Source: Prasinococcaceae sp. CCMP 1430
Lineage: Eukaryota; Plantae; Prasinodermophyta
DNA: 63,941 nucleotides
Assembly: GCA_013416795.1 (NCBI GenBank)
Contig: RQSC01000808.1
Location: 12,626-76,566 of the forward strand
Direction of reading: 5' to 3'
The notes beneath the pieces are model-generated. The model did not search any database and was not told the origin of the DNA. It saw only the letters and a program-made list of their open reading frames with translations. The translations under genes were made by a program, and so were the position numbers. Positions 51,374-62,450 of the stretch are shown here, one piece after another. Position 1 is the stretch's first letter; each line of letters opens with the position of its first letter.

Positions 51374-51787
51374 NNNNNNNNNNNNNNNNNNNNNNNNNNN
51401 NNNNNNNNNNNNNNNNNNNNNNNNNNNNNNNNNNNNNNNNNNNNNNNNNNNNNNNNNNNNNNNNNNNNNNNNNNNNNNNNNNNNNNNNNNNNNNNNNNNN
51501 NNNNNNNNNNNNNNNNNNNNNNNNNNNNNNNNNNNNNNNNNNNNNNNNNNNNNNNNNNNNNNNNNNNNNNNNNNNNNNNNNNNNNNNNNNNNNNNNNNNN
51601 NNNNNNNNNNNNNNNNNNNNNNNNNNNNNNNNNNNNNNNNNNNNNNNNNNNNNNNNNNNNNNNNNNNNNNNNNNNNNNNNNNNNNNNNNNNNNNNNNNNN
51701 NNNNNNNNNNNNNNNNNNNNNNNNNNNNNNNNNNNNNNNNNNNNNNNNNNNNNNNNNNNNNNNNNNNNNNNNNNNNNNNNNNNNNNN
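51374..51787. other. Assembly gap (414 N)
   Basis: N-run. Confidence 1.
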
Positions 51788-52119
51788 CGGGGGGGGACGG
51801 TGTGTGCGCGAGGGCGAGCGGCGGCGCGGGCTGGCGGCGGCGCGCGGGCGCGCGGCGGTGCGCTGGTTTGGATGGAGCCGAGCGCGCCAGGCCCAGGCGG
51901 GCGTTACAAGCGTGCTGACACGCATCTCCCCCCTCCCCTCCTCCTCTTCCCCGCCCGCATGGCCTCCATTTCCTCCCCCTCTTTCCCCTCCGCCCCCATC
52001 CATCCTCCCCCCACCCCCACCCCCTTCCCCTCCTCGGCGTCCCCGTGCGCCCCACCCCACCCGCGCCACGGCCCACCGCACCCGCCCCACCACCCCGCGC
52101 AGACGCGACACTCGGTGCA

Positions 52120-54525
52120 ATGAGCGAGGAGCAGATGGACGCGGTCCTTCGAAAGCGCGCGCCGCATCTGCGCGTGGCCGTCGCCGGGAGCTTCTCGTCG
52201 CTGACCGGGAGCTTCTCATCGCAGACCGGGAGCTTCTCGTCGCCGAGCTCGCTCTCGCCGAAGACGCCGCGCACGCTGGAGTCATCGCCGCGCTCGCCCT
52301 CGCCATCAGCCGGCTCGTTCTCAGACTCGCCCAAGCGGGTTTTGGACGCCACGGGTCGCAAGCCCACCGATCATGAGCAGGTGCGGCGAACCAATAGCAC
52401 GGGCGCGCCATCCGCGCTCGTGCGCGCCCGCGCCCACGCGCCGGGCCTCGCCGCGCCCACTGCCCCCCTCCGTCCCTCGAGTGCAGTGAGTGTCTCAGCC
52501 TCTGACTGCGGCGGCCCCGTCCTTCCTCCGCCCCGCTGATACACCAACCCAACCGCGCAGACGATGCTCCGCGAGATGGCCACGAAGGCGCCCCTGCTGT
52601 CGTGCCTGAACGCAACCGAGCGCTCCATCGTGGTGGCGCGCTTGGTGCGTCACGAATACACCGACGGCGACATCATCGTCGCCCAGGGCGAGCGCGGAGA
52701 CCACTTCTACCTGCTCACCGAGGGAGACGTCGAGGTGACGTCGAGCGGCGAGGCGAGCGCGGGCGCAGGCGTGGGCCGCAATGGCAGGGGTGATCTTGCC
52801 AGGGCCAGGATGGAGAGCATGGGGGGTTCGGCCGACGAGAAAGGGGAGGAGGTGCACAGGATGCTCGTGCCGGGCGACACCTTCGGCGAGCTCGCGTTGC
52901 TGTACTCGGGCGTGCGCACCGCGACATGCACGGCGCGGGGCGGGCGCGTGGTGTGCTTTGCCCTTGCTCGCCAGACCTTCCGCGCGGTCGTGCAGAAGAC
53001 CGCGATGGAGCGCCGCCGCACCAACCTGAGGATCATCAACGGCTGCAGGTTGTTGATGGCGCTCAAGCACTACGAGCGCAATAAGCTGTGCGACGCAATG
53101 CACCCGGTAGACTACGCCGCCGGCACACACATCATCAAGCAGGGCGACGCCGCGTCGGCGGCGTTCCACATCATTGTGAAGGGCGAGGCCGCCGTCGTCC
53201 TGGCGGACTCACCCGATGAGGTGTTGAAGACCATGGAGGCGGGTGCCTACTTCGGCGAGGTGTCTCTGCTAGCGGACACTCCTCCGACGGCGACTGTGAT
53301 TGCCGCCACCGATCTGCGCTGCCTGACGATTGAATCGTCAACGTTCCTGCGCCTCGTGAGCTCCGCCGAGCGCCTCTTCGAGTCGAAGATGGACCGCTAC
53401 GCCTTTGACGCGAGCTCTCCCGCCAGGAGGCTTTCGTCGCGCTCCAAGTCCGTGACGAACTTGATGACGTCGATGTCTCTGAACGGCGGATCGCCCGCGC
53501 GCGCCGACTCGGAGGGACCGGTCTGGCCGCGCGTGGATCCCAAGACCACGCCCGTGCTCTCGGAGCTAGGCTCTGGCTGCACCGCGTGCGTATACATGTG
53601 CCACCTCGACCGAGATGGCATGGGCTCGCACGGGGTGGCCATGAAGGCGGTCACCAAGAAGGCGATCGCCAACCACCCCAAAAAGTTCAAGCAGGTTGTG
53701 CGCGAGACGCACGCGCTCAGCGTGGTGCGGTCTCCTTTTGTGGTGCACCTGGAGGGCAAGGGCCAGGACGACGCCTGCCTGTACCTGGCCATTGAGCTTG
53801 CCGACGGTGGCACGGTGTTCGAAATGCTCAGCTCGCTCTGGCAAGCCGGGCGCGTGCTCAGCATCGATGCCGCCAAGTTCTACATGGCCGAGACGGTCGC
53901 GGCGATCGAGCATGTCCATCGGGCGGGTTACGTGCACCGCGACATCAAGCCGGAAAACATCCTTCTGGACAGCATGGGTCACGTGCTGCTGTCAGACTTC
54001 GGCTTCACCAAGCAGCTCGACCTTGGCGACACCACCTTCACGTTCTGCGGCACGCCAGACTACCTGGCCCCGGAGACGTTAATCAACTCGGGCCATGGCC
54101 ACGGCGTCGACTTCTGGGCGCTGGGCGTGCTACTGTACGAGATGCTCTGCGGCGTGACGCCCTTCCAGGAGGACGATGAGATGAAGATGTATTCGCGCAT
54201 CATGTTCTCGTCGGTTTGGTTTCCCGACGAATTCGACCCGGCCGCGAAGAGCCTCGTCGCGGGACTGCTCGAGCGGGACGTCACGAAGAGGCGCGGGCTC
54301 ATGAAGGGGGGGATCGACGACATCAAGTCGCACGCCTTTTTCGAGGGGGTGGACTGGACCGCCGTGAACAACCGACGCATGCCCCCGCCGTACGTCCCAG
54401 GACCAATAACGCCGCTTTCGCCGGCGCAGCGGCAAGCGAAGAGGCCGAACTTGTCGGATCTCACAGAGGCAGACACGACTCTCGAGTACTCAAAGGAGCA
54501 CATCGCCTTCTTCGAGACATTCTGA
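52120..54525 (+). CDS. cGMP-dependent protein kinase-like (two cNMP-binding domains + AGC kinase)
   Basis: Exon 52120-52380, intron 52381-52560, exon 52561-54525. CNB-A FGELALLYSGVRTAT; CNB-B FGEVSLLADTPPTAT; kinase VAMK, HRDIKPEN, DFG, TFCGTPDYLAPE, DFWALG; terminal FFETF. Confidence 0.9.
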
Positions 54526-54655
54526 GTGGCGCGCTTTCTCCGCGGCCGAGCCGGTGCGCGAGCGCGCCCGCTCACGCACGGAGCTCACACACACTAATAT
54601 ATTTCCCTTAATACACTGTACAACAAAGATTCCCCTCTGCGCGCTCGCGCTCGCG

Positions 54656-55708
54656 TCATACGGCGTACACGTCACCATCCAGGAAATACACGTCTCCGAG
54701 CCGCTCACCGAGCAGCGCTTCGTCAAGAGTGAGCGCTGCCTGCGCCGCCGCGCCTGGCAGCACGCAGTGCGACCGCAGCAGCGTGCCATCGCCGAGGTCG
54801 AGCGCCCAAAGGCCCACGCCCGCGCGAGCGCCAGCGAATGCGTCGTGATCCTCGGCGACTCTCACAAGCAAGAGCAAGTTTCGCCGTTCCATCTCTTCAG
54901 GCACGTACTGCACTCGGCTGCCCTCCGCACACCAGCCCAGGTCGCAAGGGAAACCGCTGGGGTATTCGCGCGCGTGGAAGAGCACGCCGAGGTGCGTCGG
55001 CTCCTCCCCGGAGTGCACACGCGTGCGCGCACGCGTATCGCAGGATGCTTCGCGTGCAACTGCAAAGACGTGGCAGTGGTACAGGTCGTGCACACTGAGA
55101 TCAACATGGCGGAGCCCCCCCTCACGTGCGGCGTGCTCAGCCACGTGCTCGAAGAGCCCCGCAAAAAGAGCATCCAGCGCAGCCTCGCCGAAGCCCGCCC
55201 GCGCAAAGTCGGCGCCCACCGGCCTGCAAGCGCCGTACACGGGAGGTTCCACCACGGCGCCGCGCACAGCAAAACCGTCGACGGGCATGGGTGTGCGCAC
55301 AGCAATCTCGGCGCCCGAGGCCTCGCGCGTCTGCCACGCGCGTTTCGCAGCGAGCTGCCGCAGCAACGCGCGCGTAGGGGGGGCTAGCGCTGGCGCTCGC
55401 AGGCGCACGAGACACGCAAGCGCATCGGCATCGCACGGGACGCTGTCCTTGCCGTCGTAGCCCGTCTGTGACAGTTCCATGGTCGCCACGGCAGCGCGCA
55501 GCACCCGTCGCGCTGCCGCGCGTGCAAGGTCGGCGTCCCATGTGGCCAGCAGCTCAGCGAAAGCGTCGTCGTTCTCGTGCGCGCTTGCTCGCGCGAGAGT
55601 GGCTCCGCGCGCATTTGTACGTCCATGCGCGCGCGCGCGCGCGACGAGTGCCGGCCCGCCCGTAGCAATGAGGCGCTTGAGCCCGTGACAGGTGGTGGAT
55701 GCTATCAT
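54656..55708 (-). CDS. Conserved protein of unknown function (resembles an uncharacterised plant family); may be joined to the upstream minus-strand exons
   Basis: VDLSVHDLYHCHVF, LGVLFHAREYP, DLGWC..GS, M.RRNLL resemble a plant family recalled from memory (HDLFHGHLF..GILFHAKEYP..MGYCQ.GS..MNLRNIL). Confidence 0.6.
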   Translation of the reverse strand: MIASTTCHGLKRLIATGGPALVARARAHGRTNARGATLARASAHENDDAFAELLATWDADLARAAARRVLRAAVATMELSQTGYDGKDSVPCDADALACLVRLRAPALAPPTRALLRQLAAKRAWQTREASGAEIAVRTPMPVDGFAVRGAVVEPPVYGACRPVGADFARAGFGEAALDALFAGLFEHVAEHAAREGGLRHVDLSVHDLYHCHVFAVAREASCDTRARTRVHSGEEPTHLGVLFHAREYPSGFPCDLGWCAEGSRVQYVPEEMERRNLLLLVRVAEDHDAFAGARAGVGLWALDLGDGTLLRSHCVLPGAAAQAALTLDEALLGERLGDVYFLDGDVYAV

Positions 55709-55741
55709 CGCGTGCACGCTCTCGCGCTCGCGGCCCGCGGC

Positions 55742-56220
55742 TCAGCCGTTGAGCAATGCGGCGATGCCGCCCGCGCCACCGCCAGCACGCGCGACGAGCG
55801 CCTCACCGCCTTTGAATGCGACTGCAAAGCCGCCAGCACCGCTGGCACCGCCGCCGCAGGGACCGAGGAGTAGGCCCGGGTCCGTCTCGATGCTGCGGTC
55901 GATGCACTGCGTGATGGCGCGTGGGCGCTCATGTCAGATAGAGCAGCGCGCGGCCATGCGGCAGGCCAGGCGATGGCTGTGCGCATGGGTGGGGTTTGGG
56001 ACACGGTGGGGACTCTACTCACCTCCTCAACGCGCTTGTCCTCCCACTCTGGGCGCGCACGCCGCAGCCTCTCCTCGGCCGCGCGCCGCGCCGCCGCTAG
56101 CTGCGCACCCGAGCACAGCAGCAGGGCGGGCTCGCGTGCGACAGCTGCCGCCGCGTTTGGCACGAGGTCCACGAGCGCCGCGAGCCGCGCGGCGATCTCG
56201 CGCTCGCCGAGCGCGCGCAC
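55742..56220 (-). CDS. Unannotated two-exon coding segment, 5' end unresolved; antisense to the N-terminal extension of the RUS ORF
   Basis: Exon 56220-56023, GTGAGT donor, intron 56022-55907 with a CTGAC branch and CAG, exon 55906-55742. Gives ..AREPALLL..PEWEDKRVEE|CIDRSIETDPGLLLG... Confidence 0.5.
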
Positions 56221-57658
56221 CGCCGCAGGGGCCGAATCAGGGACGGAAGCGGACGGCCGGGCGGCGGCGCGCGACGCGCTGCTGCCGGCGGGCTACCCGT
56301 CGAGCGTGAGCGCCGACTACGGCGCGTACCAGGCGTGGGACACACTGCAGGCGCTTTGCAGCTACGCGCGCGGCGCGCTCACCGCGCGAGCTCTGCTCGG
56401 CGGGCTCGGGGTGGGCGCCGCGGGCGCGTCGGCGCTCGGCGCGGCCGCGCAGTGGGTGCTCCGGGACCTCACGGGGCTCGCAGTCGGGCTGGGCGTGGGA
56501 GCGTGCGCCGGCGCGGACCTCGACGCACGAGCCAAGCAGTGGCGGCTCTCCGCAGACGTGCTCAACGACGCGGCGATGCTTGCCGAGCTGGCCGCGGGCG
56601 CGTGCGCGCCGGCGGGCGCGGCGTTCGGTGCGCTCACAGCATTCGCAGCCGCCGCGCGCGCGACCGTGGGCGTCGCGGCGGGCGCCACCAAGGCGGCGCT
56701 CACCTATCACTTCTCGGCGCGCCATCGCAACGCCGCAGACGTGGCTGCCAAGGAGGGCGCGCAGGAGACGCTCGCGACGCTCGTGGGGGGGGTCCTCGGG
56801 CTCCTGCTGCTGCACGCCACCGAGGGGTCCGTGCTGCGCTCGTGGATGGCGTTCCTGCTCTTGACGCTCGTGCACGTGTGGGCGAACGTGCGCGCGATGC
56901 GAGCGCTATGCCTCACCTCCCTCAACCAGCACCGCCTGGCGGGCGCGCTAGCGCTGTACAGTGGCGGCGCTGCGCCATCGCCCGCCGCCGCGAACGCGCG
57001 CGAGCCGCTACTGGGCGCCCTGCCGCCGCTGCATGCGCTCGCCGATACCGCCGGTGCGCTCCCGCCACCGCTGTCGCTGCTGCTGCCGCTGCCGGCGATC
57101 CTCTGCGCGCGCGCGTGCGCGGACGGTAAGGCGAGCATGTGCGAGCGCGTGGGCGTGCGGCTGGGCGTGCGCCTAGAGGAGCTTCGGGGCGTCTCCGCCG
57201 TCATGGTAGTCCCTCCGGGCGGCGGCCCGGCCTACGCCCTTGGCGTGTGCCACGGACCGCCGCGGACGTTCGTGTGGGCCCTCCAGCGGCTGGCCGGGGC
57301 GCGCTGCAGCACCGAGGCGTTGGTGGCACTCCCCGAGGGTGCGGACGACGCGCTGGTGTTGCGCGCGTACACGCACGCGCTCAAGGCTGCCGCCGTTTGC
57401 CACGACATGTGCGCTGGGTTTCCCAGCGACGCGTACGACGCCATGGCGCTTGGCGAGGAAGGCTTCGCCGACTGCGAGTACGCGGCCATCCGAGCGTCGG
57501 TCGTGTGGATGGACGTCGAAGCGCCGGCGGGCGCGCAGGTGGGCTACTATGCCGCCTTCGCGCGGCAGCTCGCTGCCGAGGGCTGGGACCTCGACCGGCT
57601 GAGCCTGCCCCTCGGCGCCTGGCGCGTGCGCTGGGACGAGCGCGGAAAGGCCGACTAG
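55931..57658 (+). CDS. RUS1/DUF647 (root UVB sensitive) family protein; conserved part starts ~56278, true start uncertain
   Basis: LLPAGYPSSVSADY..YQAWDTLQ, AAAQWVLRDLTG, LDARAKQWRLSADVLND, GATKAALTYHF, ADVAAKEGAQET, HVWANVRAMRAL.LTSLNQHR. Confidence 0.88.
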   Translation: MSDRAARGHAAGQAMAVRMGGVWDTVGTLLTSSTRLSSHSGRARRSLSSAARRAAASCAPEHSSRAGSRATAAAAFGTRSTSAASRAAISRSPSARTAAGAESGTEADGRAAARDALLPAGYPSSVSADYGAYQAWDTLQALCSYARGALTARALLGGLGVGAAGASALGAAAQWVLRDLTGLAVGLGVGACAGADLDARAKQWRLSADVLNDAAMLAELAAGACAPAGAAFGALTAFAAAARATVGVAAGATKAALTYHFSARHRNAADVAAKEGAQETLATLVGGVLGLLLLHATEGSVLRSWMAFLLLTLVHVWANVRAMRALCLTSLNQHRLAGALALYSGGAAPSPAAANAREPLLGALPPLHALADTAGALPPPLSLLLPLPAILCARACADGKASMCERVGVRLGVRLEELRGVSAVMVVPPGGGPAYALGVCHGPPRTFVWALQRLAGARCSTEALVALPEGADDALVLRAYTHALKAAAVCHDMCAGFPSDAYDAMALGEEGFADCEYAAIRASVVWMDVEAPAGAQVGYYAAFARQLAAEGWDLDRLSLPLGAWRVRWDERGKAD

Positions 57659-57936
57659 CTGGTCAGCTAGCGAGCGAGTGAGCTAGCGCGGGTTCCCAGT
57701 GACTCTAGAGCGTACAGATACCCCTGTGGACTACGTACCATCATGATTGTACAGTAATGACACACTGCCGAGGCAGGCGGCCGCGTGCGCACCCGTTCGC
57801 CCCACGCGTAGCGCGCGCGACGCGGTCAGCCAGGAGCATGAGCGCGGGCGGTCGTCTGAAAATCCATTCGGAGTCGAACGAATGTCGAACGGGAAAACGC
57901 GTTCTGTCGGGCGTACGGCCCTACTAAAGCGTAATT

Positions 57937-59102
57937 TCATTGATGGCGAGTGATCTCACAATCGGCGCGATGGGATGTCGAAATGTGAGGATGCGGGGAG
58001 GGGGAACGCCCGCACCCCCGCCGGCCGCGGGCGGTCGAAGCGACTGCGCCGCTTCGCAGCGCCACAACGCGCGCGAGGCGCGGGCCGGGCCGCCAACCGC
58101 GCTCGCACGCGGGTGCGCTCGCGCGCGCTCGCGCCCGGGGCGTTTGCCGCGGCGGGCGCTGCAGGAAATATATCTTGCGCTTAACGCGGCGGGCGCTTGG
58201 GGCGAGCAGCGACTCCTGCGGCTTCCTTTCGGCGGCAGTGAAGCCACCGTTGACGCCCACCCATCCTCGGTGTTTGTGGCACATGTACGCGGTCTTGGCG
58301 TCGTGGCGATACTTGGCCACCAGCGCCTGGTCTTGACAGGCGCAGGTGCCCGTGCAGTGGAAGCAAGACCACTTCTCGCCGCCCTCCTGCATCTCGTCGA
58401 TGAACGCGTAAACTTCGTCCATGTCGCCCGACGAGTTGATGTGGAAAAGGCAGCGGGCACAGTAGAACTTGCCGCAGGTCCTGCACGCGAGCGGCTTGGT
58501 CATCTGCTCGAGGTCCCGCGCGGTGTGTGTGTGCGCGAATGTGTTAGCGAGTGCGCACAGGTGATGGAGGCCGCGCACGCACAGAGCGCGTCGCGCGGCA
58601 TCGCAGGCGTGTCCGGCAGGTAAGGGGGAGCGGACCTGGCACGCTGCGCACGTACGTTGCCCCGCCAGCTCGCGACGCACTGCGTGCAGCAGTGGCAGCT
58701 CATATTGCGCCGCACGCCCTCCGGCGGCGGCGGCAGCTCGTGCATTCGCGAGCCCGCCCATGCCTCATTGCTCGATCGCATGCGCCCGGCAACGCGCTCG
58801 ACCGCTTTCCTCCCGCTCGTGGTCGCGCCCTCAAAGTCGTACTCGATGGAGCGGCGCGGCACGCCTTCTTCGTCCGAGTCGGCCAGGCCTGCGGCGTAGT
58901 CGGCGGGCTTGCCCGCGCGCCGCGCCGAGGAGCGTACCGGCGCATCGGCGGGTTGGCGCGGCAGCGGCGCGCGGCGCGGCGCGGCCGGCGCCTTTGGGCG
59001 CGCCAACTTGCTCGCGATGAAGCGCAGGTTCAACTCAGCCATGCGCGCCTTGTTGCGCGCGATCTGCGCGTCGCGCTCGCGCTCGTACTCGGTCATCGCC
59101 AT
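57937..59102 (-). CDS. CDCA7-like protein with a divergent zf-4CXXC_R1 zinc finger
   Basis: N-terminal YERERDAQIARNKARMAEL; exons 59102-58656 and 58503-57937 give CHCC..C|..CRTC..YCARCL..W.CFHC.G.CAC. Confidence 0.65.
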
Positions 59103-59521
59103 GGCCGACCGAGCACTGGCTTGAGCGCGAGCGTGAATCGCAGATCGCACGCAGGAGTGCGCGCCGGCGAGCGGAACGCGCGGATCGCCCGCCAGGCGCG
59201 AGCGGCAGCGCCGCTGCGGCGCGCCGAGCAGCGCGCTGGCTGACTGAGCAAGGCGCGCAAGGCGCGAGCGTCGGCACGTCGGCGGCGCGGCGCCGCGCGC
59301 AGTGTGCCGCCGCCACCGACAGATATTTGTGCGGGTGCCGCCGCGCGGGCCGGTCCGATCGATACTGAGACAACACAGCGGACAGTGTGCGCATCGAGAG
59401 CAACCCCAACATCTGATCAGCATATTAAGGGTTTTACAAAGGGTTCATATTCAATCGCGATCGCGGGTTCGGCACGGCCGCTGCCCGAGAGTGCGCGCAG
59501 GCATCCGGCGCCCCTCGTGCC

Positions 59522-62273
59522 TCAGTCGTCTTCCGAGTCGGACAGCGATATGGGGTCATCCTTGGTGCCAGTCTGTTGATGGTCCGCGCCCGCTGCAGCT
59601 TGTACCTGATCCTGGGGCGTCTGCGGCTCGGGCTGGCCAGCTCTGCCGCTGCCGCCGCTGCCGCCGCTGCCGCCGCTGCCGCCGCTGCCGCCGCTGTCGC
59701 TGCTGCCGTTGCTGTGGCTGCCGTCGCCGCTGCCATTGCTGTGGCTGCCGTCGCTGCGGTCGCCGCTGCCGCCGCCATCGCTGTCACTGCCGCTGCCGTC
59801 ACTGCCCCCGCCACTCACGCATTCAACGTCCGTACCGCTGACGCTCTCGCGACCACCGCCGTCGTCTTCGCTGCCACTGCCATCGCGTTCCTTGCGCTTC
59901 TTGCTTCGGCCATCAGCGCTGGGAGCAGCCCCACCACCGGAGTCGGCGTCGGCATCCATGCCTCCCTCTGCAGCGGGCTCGGAGGCGAATCCACCGCCAC
60001 TCATTCCTCCACCAATATTATCTTCTTGCTCCCCTCCGCCCTCAAACATGGGGATGTCTTCACCAGCTGCTGCGAGCTCGACCTCGTCTTCGAAGGCAGG
60101 AGGCCCGTCCGAGGCATCCCCGTCCCCACCGATGTCGACGTCACCGTCGGAGGCATCCCCGTCCCCACCGATGTCGACGTCACCGTCGGAGGCATCCCCG
60201 TCCCCACCGATGTCGACGTCACCGTCGGAGGCATCCCCGTCCCCACCGATGTCGACGTCACCGTCCGAGGCATCCCCGTCCCCACCGATGTCGACGTCAC
60301 CGTCCGAGGCATCCGCGTCCCCACCGATGTCGACGTCACCGTCGGAGGCATCCCCGTCACCACCGATGTCGACGTCACCGTAGTCGTCGTCATCGTCGCC
60401 CGCCACTAGCCAGTTGCTGCTTTTCCGCCCGCGCGGCAGCTTGTTGCCGTCCGAGTCCTGGCTCAGGTCGCTAGGCTCGGTGAGCGGCGCCGAGTCTGCG
60501 CAGGTGCCCGGCGAGGATGGGGAAGCGACGCCGTTGGCCGCACCCGCGCCCTTCTCGCCGAGGTCGTCTATGTGCACCTCGACGAACAGGGCGTCTCCTG
60601 AGAGGTTGTTCGGCTCCGGCGCGCGCTCCGCGTCGCCCTCGTCCTCCCAGTAATTCGAGCCGTAATTGTACAAAAGCTCCTCGCCCTTCTCGATCGGCTT
60701 GTTGCCAGTGAAGAAAGCCACGCGGTAGAGGCGCGGGCCTGAGCTCGGCCCGAGAGTTCCACCCGCGTACGTGCGCCCCTCCACCGCTGAAACCTCGCAG
60801 GGAGTCGCGAGGGGCGTGCACACCTGGACGATTTGAAGGTTGCTACCGTGCTCCCCGCCGTCGTTGATGAACCGCGTCACGTTGCCGAACGAACTGCCGT
60901 CGATCGTCAGATGGTCAGTTGAGTCCCACAGATCACGCAGCTTGTCGTCAAGTTCACGCTCGTATTCGCTCACAGGTCTCCGCTTGCCCTCGGCCGCCCA
61001 GCAGTGAATGAAGGGCACCAGGAACGTGCGCACGAGCTCTTCGGCGATGCTGGCGGGGTCCTTCCACACCCTTGAGGCGTTCAGGCCTGCGTTCTCGCCG
61101 AGATCCTTCCACGAGTGAGACTCTTCCTTGATGAAACAGTCGAGGCTGCGGCAGAGGCCGAAGAGTACCGGATAGATGCTCTGCCCGCCGTTGAGGCGCG
61201 GAAGGTTCATGTTTCTTTTCAACGCAAACATGTGCATATGCACAGTCGCCTCGGCCTCGGAGAGCTCGAGCAAGCCGTGCAGCGCCTTCACGTGCGCGTC
61301 GTTCAGGTCGTACTTCGCCATGCGGTTTCGCTTGCGCTTGTCGGTCTTGGGCGCGCCATCGCCGCCCTTCGTTTCACTGCCGCCCGAATTGTCGCCCTCG
61401 CTATGGCCCTCGCTCCCACCGTCGCGCTCGCCTGCGCCTCCAGATAGCATCTGCCTGCGGGCGAAGTGGTCGAGGTCCCACAGGTATGCCGCGTCCTTGT
61501 CGTTGTCGGCGTCGTTGTCAAGCACAACTTCGCCGCTGTAGGCAGCGACGAATGTGTTTGCCGGTATCCGCTTGACGGCTCTGACCCCCCAGCCCTTGGA
61601 CTCCGTGAGAAAGACTTCCAACGGCCACACCTGCCCCGCCTCCACCACCCGTGCCTCGCTGTCCATGCTGTCTTCGACGATGGGCGGGCTGTACGTGAAC
61701 ACCAACGACCGTGTGTTGGTCCTCAGGTACGCGACGGCGCTGCTGATCGCGCTGCAGCTGTACGGGAACACTCGCCTGATGTAGTGCATGGGAGGGCACT
61801 GCAGGCCGGAGTTGCGCGGGGCGAGGTGTAGAGTGCACAACGCGGGCGGGGTCAAAGAAGGCGCGCTGCCGCGCGTCAGAGCGGGAGCACGCGCATCGTG
61901 TCGCACCGGCCGGCACGCAACCCAATCGGCGCGACGGGACTGCACACGCCAGCGCCACGCGCCACGCATCGCGGGCGCGTGGTCACGGCGCGCGCGCCTG
62001 CCCCTCCGCTCGGCTCCCCGCACGCACGCCCACCTTCTCGATCAGCGCAGCGATCTTCTTGTCCCGCGTGAATGGCTCCCTGACGTACTCGAAGCCTGGC
62101 GCGCCTGCGGCGGCGCCGTCCGAGAGAATGTTGAGCTCCTCGATGCGCTCGCGGTACGGCTCCAAGTCACCATCCCACCCCGCCGGCATGTCAATGACCG
62201 CGCGCACGGGGACGCGCTCGCGTGACTCTGAGAGATCTGTGTTCACAACCACGCGCGCGCGGGGCGGGGCCAT
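59522..62273 (-). CDS. SUV39/SUVR/SETDB-class SET-domain protein with a split SET domain and a long acidic tail
   Basis: Exon 1 62273-62034 (DLSESRERVPV..FEY), main exon from ~61798. LEVFLTESKGWGVRA, FVAAYSGEVV, YLWDLD, ~180-aa insert, TIDGSSFGNVTRFIND, RVAFF..KPIEKGEELLYNYG. Confidence 0.82.
60105..60380. repeat. 39-bp coding tandem repeat x7 (GDVDIGGDGDASD)
   Basis: Unit CCGTCGGAGGCATCCCCGTCCCCACCGATGTCGACGTCA with few substitutions and no spacers. Confidence 0.97.
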
Positions 62274-62450
62274 CGCGCGCGCGCCCCCGCCGGCGGAGGC
62301 AGCGACGCCGCCCCGCGCGCGGGCGCGCCCCCCCCCCGCGCGCCATGTGCTCCCTCCCCGATCGCGCCGACACCGCGCCAATCGCGCTCCGCTCCTGTCG
62401 GCATCGCAACTGGCTTTGGCTTTGCGTGCGAATTTGAGCACTCAGCGCAC

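Noticed and set aside
60105-60380. 39-bp repeat array as a CRISPR
   Set aside because: Units are head-to-tail with no unique spacers, stay in frame within a eukaryotic CDS, and no cas genes are present.
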